A DNA stretch of 19,413 bases from an uncultured Acidobacteriaceae bacterium (lineage in GTDB: Bacteria; Acidobacteriota; Terriglobia; Terriglobales; Acidobacteriaceae). Positions 16,189 to 19,413 of the stretch are shown here, piece after piece. Position 1 is the stretch's first letter. Each line of letters opens with the position of its first letter. Made by a program: the position numbers and the translations under genes. The DNA lies in assembly GCA_903842845.1 (NCBI GenBank), contig CAIMNN010000130.1, positions 1 to 19,413 on the forward strand, given 5' to 3'. The notes beneath the pieces were generated by a model that did no database searches, was not told where the DNA came from, and saw only the letters and a list, made by a program, of their open reading frames with translations.

Positions 16189-18009
16189 ATGACTGTAACA
16201 CTCTTTCTAATTCGCTTTGGCTGGCTGATCGTACTGCTGCTGGCCGTGTTGTTCTTCAAAGTATTTCTGCGCGTCTTTCTGGGCACGGTGATAGTGGCCA
16301 AGGACGAGATCGGAATTGTAAATAAGAAATGGGTTTTGCTGGGCAAGAACCGGACGCTGCCCGATGGCGCGATTGTTGCGCTGCACGGCGAGGCGGGCTT
16401 GCAGGCGGACACGCTTGCGCCTGGTATTCACTTCGGGCTGTGGGCGTGGCAGTACTCGATAACGCTGGCCTCGTTCACGACGATTGACAAGGGGCAGATC
16501 GGCATTGTTGAGGCGCGGGACGGCAAGCCGATGGCAGCCGGGCGCGTACTGGCGAAGTCGGTTGAGAGCAATGCGTTTCAGAATGCGCGGCAGTTTCTGG
16601 ATAACGGCGGCCAGCGCGGACCGCAGATCGCAATCATCCCGCCGGGCACGTACCGCATAAACACGGCGCTGTTTGTAGTGACGCTGGTGCCGGTGCTTGA
16701 GATTCCGGACAACCAGGTGGGCATTGTGACGACCAAGGATGGCGCGCCGCTGCCGACGGGCGAGATTGCTGGCAAGGAGATTCCGGGGCATAACCTGTTC
16801 CAGGATGCGGAGGCGTTTATCACTGCCGGCGGTCACAAGGGATTGCAGACGCAGGTGATTTTGGCGGGGCGGTACTTTATCAATCCGCGGTTTGCGACGG
16901 TTGAAGTGAAGCCGATGACCGAGGTGCCGATTGCGAATGTTGGCGTGGTGATTGCCTATGTGGGCGAGGAGGGCGTCGACGTGACGGGCTCCGAGTTCAA
17001 ACACGGCAACCTGGTGAAGAAGGGGCAGCGCGGCGTGTGGGTTGAGCCGCTTGATCCGGGCAAGTACGCGATCAATCCGTATACGCACAAGGTGGAGCTG
17101 GTGCCGACGGCGAACATTGTGTTGAATTGGGCGACGGGGAAGAGCGAGGCGCACAAGCTGGACGAGCGGCTTTCGACCATCACCGTGCGGTCGAGCGATG
17201 GATTCACGTTCAATTTGGATGTGAGCCAGATCATCCATGTGCCGAGGAACGACGCGCCGAAGGTGATTGCGCGTTTTGGCACCATGGCGAACCTGGTAAC
17301 GCAAGTGCTGGAGCCGACCATCGGCAACTACTTCCGCAATGCGGCGCAGACGAGCGACGTGATCGAGTTTTTGAAGGGACGCACGGCGCGGCAGAAGGAA
17401 GCGAAGGACGCCATCCAGGCGGCGTTGACCGAGTACAACGTGAACGCGATCGACACGCTGATAGGCGATATTACTCCGCCTGAGGCGTTGATGAAGACGC
17501 TGACGGACCGGAAGATAGCCGAGCAGGAGCAGGTGACTTACAAGACGCAGCAGCTTGCCGAGGTTACGCGCAAGGACCTGCAACAGGCGAAGGCGATGGC
17601 GGACACTCAGGCACGCGTGGTGGATGCGGAGCGGAGTGTTTCCATCAGCGAGTTTGCGGCGCAAGCGGCGGTGAAAAAGGCAAGCGGCGAGGCGCAGGCG
17701 AAGACCATCAACGCCGAGGCTGACGCGCAGGTCATCACTACGGTCGGCAACGCAGAGGCGGAGAAGACCAAGGCCGTGGGTACGGCCGAGGCCGATGTCA
17801 TCAAGCTGAAAATTAATTCAATGGAATCGCGCAACTACGCGGCCGTGCAGATAGCGCAGGCGCTGGCCGTAAACCACATCAAGCTGGTGCCGGATATTAT
17901 TGCCGGCGGCGGCGGCGAGCAGGGTGGGTTGATCAACCTGTTGCTGGCCAAGATGTTGCAAGGAAGCGTGATGGACGACCGACCGATACCGCCGGACGAA
18001 CAGAAGTAG
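16189..18009 (+). CDS. Flotillin-like SPFH/band-7 membrane protein (YqiK/FloT-like) with a four-fold tandem repeat of the SPFH N-terminal beta-segment
   Basis: Track ORF 16153..18009 begins with TTG. ATG 16189 has GGAG 8 nt upstream. N-terminal TM segment LFLIRFGWLIVLLLAVLFFKVF. SPFH core (…RNDAPKVIARFG…ITPPEALMKTLTDRKIAEQEQ). C-terminal flotillin-type E/A/Q-rich coiled coil (AEADAQV…AEAEKTKAVGTAEADVIKLK). Antisense ORF 16207..17664 is a shadow. Confidence 0.85.
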   Translation: MTVTLFLIRFGWLIVLLLAVLFFKVFLRVFLGTVIVAKDEIGIVNKKWVLLGKNRTLPDGAIVALHGEAGLQADTLAPGIHFGLWAWQYSITLASFTTIDKGQIGIVEARDGKPMAAGRVLAKSVESNAFQNARQFLDNGGQRGPQIAIIPPGTYRINTALFVVTLVPVLEIPDNQVGIVTTKDGAPLPTGEIAGKEIPGHNLFQDAEAFITAGGHKGLQTQVILAGRYFINPRFATVEVKPMTEVPIANVGVVIAYVGEEGVDVTGSEFKHGNLVKKGQRGVWVEPLDPGKYAINPYTHKVELVPTANIVLNWATGKSEAHKLDERLSTITVRSSDGFTFNLDVSQIIHVPRNDAPKVIARFGTMANLVTQVLEPTIGNYFRNAAQTSDVIEFLKGRTARQKEAKDAIQAALTEYNVNAIDTLIGDITPPEALMKTLTDRKIAEQEQVTYKTQQLAEVTRKDLQQAKAMADTQARVVDAERSVSISEFAAQAAVKKASGEAQAKTINAEADAQVITTVGNAEAEKTKAVGTAEADVIKLKINSMESRNYAAVQIAQALAVNHIKLVPDIIAGGGGEQGGLINLLLAKMLQGSVMDDRPIPPDEQK

Positions 18010-18020
18010 CAGGTCAAATT

Positions 18021-18076
18021 GGGGCGCATGTTGCAGGCTGGGAATGCACGAATTTCCAGTTTGGAGCGTGCGCCCC
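18021..18076 (+). other. Nested inverted-repeat element in the flotillin/FNR-like intergenic region
   Basis: GGGGCGCA (18021-18028) pairs with TGCGCCCC (18069-18076). Inside, CTGGGAA...ATTTCCAG form a second helix (one G-U). Further downstream GGTCC-TTCG-GGACC (18122-18135). No U-run follows, so this is not a canonical terminator. Confidence 0.35.
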
Positions 18077-18162
18077 GTCACTTGCCAGAGTGATGCCCGA
18101 GCGAGGATACTGTCTCAGCCCCGGTCCTTCGGGACCAGCTTGAACAGAAAGCGAGATCGAAC

Positions 18163-18960
18163 GTGGCACGCCAACTTTATACCGCCCGGCTTGAAAAGAA
18201 AGTCTGTCTTTCAGAATCAGCACAGTGTTACCACTTTGACTTTGTCATCGACGAGATTGAAAAATTTGAGCTTGAACCCGGCCAGTTCGCCTCAATGACT
18301 GCGCCGGATCCGACGGGCAAGCAGCAAACGCGCGCGTATTCACTGGCCGCGGCGACGAACAAAAACCACTTCGAGCTTTGCATCAACCGCGTCGAGGGCG
18401 GATTTTTCTCGAACTATTTGGCCAACCTGCCCATCGGCGCTACGGTGCAGATGCACGGGCCGCACGGACATTTTGTGCTCAACACGCCGGTAACGGATTC
18501 GTTCCTGGTGGCCACGGGCACGGGAATTGCGCCGATGCGCGCGATGACGCAGTGGCTGTTCCCCGAGAACGGGCCGGACCGCAGCAACGGCAAGGAGATC
18601 AGCCTGTTCTTTGGAACCCGGTACCCCACCGAGCTTTACTACCACGAGTACTTCACCGAGCTTGAGAAGAAGCACGCGAACTTCCACTACACAACGACTG
18701 TGAGCCGCGCGGGCGAGGAGTTTACGGGCAATCGCGGCTATGTGCAGAAGTACATCAGCGAGCGAGTGGAAGAGCGGGCGAAACAGTTGGGGATCACGCT
18801 GCCGATGACACCGCTGCCTGACGACACACCGGCGAGCGAGCTGAAGTTCGACATCTACGCGTATATCTGCGGATTGAACAACATGGTCAGCTCAGTGCGC
18901 GACGCGCTGACGGGCTATGGCTGGCACAAGAAGCAGGTGATCTTTGAGCGGTACGATTAA
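18163..18960 (+). CDS. FAD/NAD(P)H-binding oxidoreductase, ferredoxin-NADP reductase-like (Fre/flavin reductase-like), no Fe-S domain
   Basis: 265 aa from GTG 18163 (first start codon after in-frame TGA 18142). N-terminus YTARLEKKV... aligns with the Fre-type beta-barrel start. RAYSLAAA (RxYS FAD motif), GGFFSNYL, ATGTGIAPMRAM (NAD(P) binding GTGxAP), C-terminal ...YICGLNNMV... Confidence 0.8.
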   Translation: MARQLYTARLEKKVCLSESAQCYHFDFVIDEIEKFELEPGQFASMTAPDPTGKQQTRAYSLAAATNKNHFELCINRVEGGFFSNYLANLPIGATVQMHGPHGHFVLNTPVTDSFLVATGTGIAPMRAMTQWLFPENGPDRSNGKEISLFFGTRYPTELYYHEYFTELEKKHANFHYTTTVSRAGEEFTGNRGYVQKYISERVEERAKQLGITLPMTPLPDDTPASELKFDIYAYICGLNNMVSSVRDALTGYGWHKKQVIFERYD

Positions 18961-18983
18961 ACAGTAGCGAATTGCATCAATTG

Positions 18984-19018
18984 AAAGGCCGCCTGAAAAA
19001 GGCGGCCTTTCTGTTTTT
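18984..19018 (+). terminator. Rho-independent terminator after the FNR-like gene
   Basis: Perfect 10-bp stem AAAGGCCGCC (18984-18993) / GGCGGCCTTT (19001-19010), loop TGAAAAA, followed by CTGTTTTT. Confidence 0.65.
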
Positions 19019-19413
19019 AGTGCGCGCCTTTTTGCCCCATCTTCATCACGCGGGGGAGCAGGATGAAGGTGATGGCGACAAGCGCGATGGCAGCGGCAGA
19101 GTACTCGAGGTGACCGTGGAGAGCGTCGGAGACGAGCACGCGGCCGCCGGCGACGACGAGGAGTGCGTAGTCGATGAGCATGAGTTCGCGGCGCTTCCAG
19201 TGTGCGCTGGCGTAGGCCAGAAGCAGGGCCATAGTGCAGACGATGACGGTGCGGACGAGGTCGATAATGTGGGCCGCGCCGAGTGTGTGCAGCGGTGTGA
19301 GCTGGACGAGTGCAAAGAGGACGGCTGAGGCTAATGTGACGACGGCGAGGAGCGCGGCGATAATTTGAATGGATTTGTCGAACCAGTCTTCGCGCGGGTG
19401 GGTGATGAGCAGG
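19017..19413 (-). CDS. Hypothetical integral membrane protein, partial (N-terminus beyond window end)
   Basis: Minus-strand frame open from 19413 down to TAA at 19017-19019 (132 codons checked): ...EDWFDKSIQIIAALLAVVTLASAVLFALVQLTPLHTLGAAHIIDLVRTVIVCTMALLLAYASAHWKRRELMLIDYALLVVAGGRVLVSD...ITFILLPRVMKMGQKGAH*, with several predicted TM helices. The track lists only its last 71 aa (19017..19232). Opposite-strand ORF 18972..19328 is a D/E-rich shadow. Confidence 0.5.
   Translation of the reverse strand, partial: LLITHPREDWFDKSIQIIAALLAVVTLASAVLFALVQLTPLHTLGAAHIIDLVRTVIVCTMALLLAYASAHWKRRELMLIDYALLVVAGGRVLVSDALHGHLEYSAAAIALVAITFILLPRVMKMGQKGAH

Noticed and set aside
16133-16192. 19-codon upstream ORF (MSWNNGVCRDIYFFAEKNR) whose TGA overlaps the flotillin ATG in an ATGA arrangement
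   Set aside because: No ribosome-binding site and no conservation evidence. In GC-rich DNA such short frames arise by chance. Kept only as a note in case leader-peptide regulation is ever suspected.
16207-17664. 485-aa minus-strand ORF antisense to the flotillin-like gene
   Set aside because: Arg/Leu/His-rich junk translation (RRKLADGNTPLRIHHACLSVRHRLRLLQ...), a classic GC-rich shadow ORF. The plus-strand gene has clear SPFH/flotillin features.
13745-18220. Shared 12-mer AATCAGCACAGT (13749-13760 and 18207-18218) with flanking similarity CAGAA(A)TCAGCACAGT
   Set aside because: In 19.4 kb on two strands, on the order of ten chance 12-mer coincidences are expected. One copy is inside the FNR-like coding region. 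Not significant without genome-wide enrichment.
18972-19328. 118-aa D/E-rich plus-strand ORF
   Set aside because: Antisense shadow of the minus-strand membrane-protein gene that runs off the window. It starts inside the terminator hairpin.

Overview
High-GC chromosomal segment whose gene content and protein signatures (Tat/Sec-secreted glycoside hydrolases, FG-GAP/ASPIC-UnbV protein, a GH79 enzyme resembling the Acidobacterium capsulatum beta-glucuronidase) suggest an Acidobacteriaceae-like genome; that assignment is inference, not a database result. The window is a mosaic of housekeeping genes and secreted carbohydrate-active enzymes. Housekeeping: tRNA-Ser(GCU), ppa, purS, glmS, efp, an APC amino-acid permease, a flotillin-like SPFH protein and an FNR-like flavin oxidoreductase. 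Secreted enzymes: a GH27 and a GH36 alpha-galactosidase, a GH79 beta-glucuronidase-like enzyme, and possibly a further glycoside-hydrolase-like partial ORF at the 5' edge. I found no transposase, integrase, CRISPR array, toxin-antitoxin pair or recognisable phage-defence operon, and I cannot point to a clear multi-gene novel system. The most unusual items are: (i) a flotillin-like protein whose SPFH N-terminal beta-segment is present as four tandem ~70-aa copies; (ii) a compositionally atypical (low-GC, AT-rich codons) gene for a secreted HExxH metallopeptidase-like protein next to ppa; (iii) a ~470-bp ORF-free stretch with an AT-rich core upstream of the GH79 gene; (iv) an EF-P whose conserved modified lysine appears replaced by arginine; (v) a cysteine-less SCO1/SenC-like secreted protein; (vi) a tight purS-glmS coupling; (vii) a perfect 11-bp palindromic hairpin and imperfect 23-bp direct repeats flanking the tRNA-Ser. 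Many long ORFs in the six-frame track are GC-rich antisense shadows and are rejected. Note that the track uses GTG/TTG as starts, so several real starts lie downstream of the listed ones.
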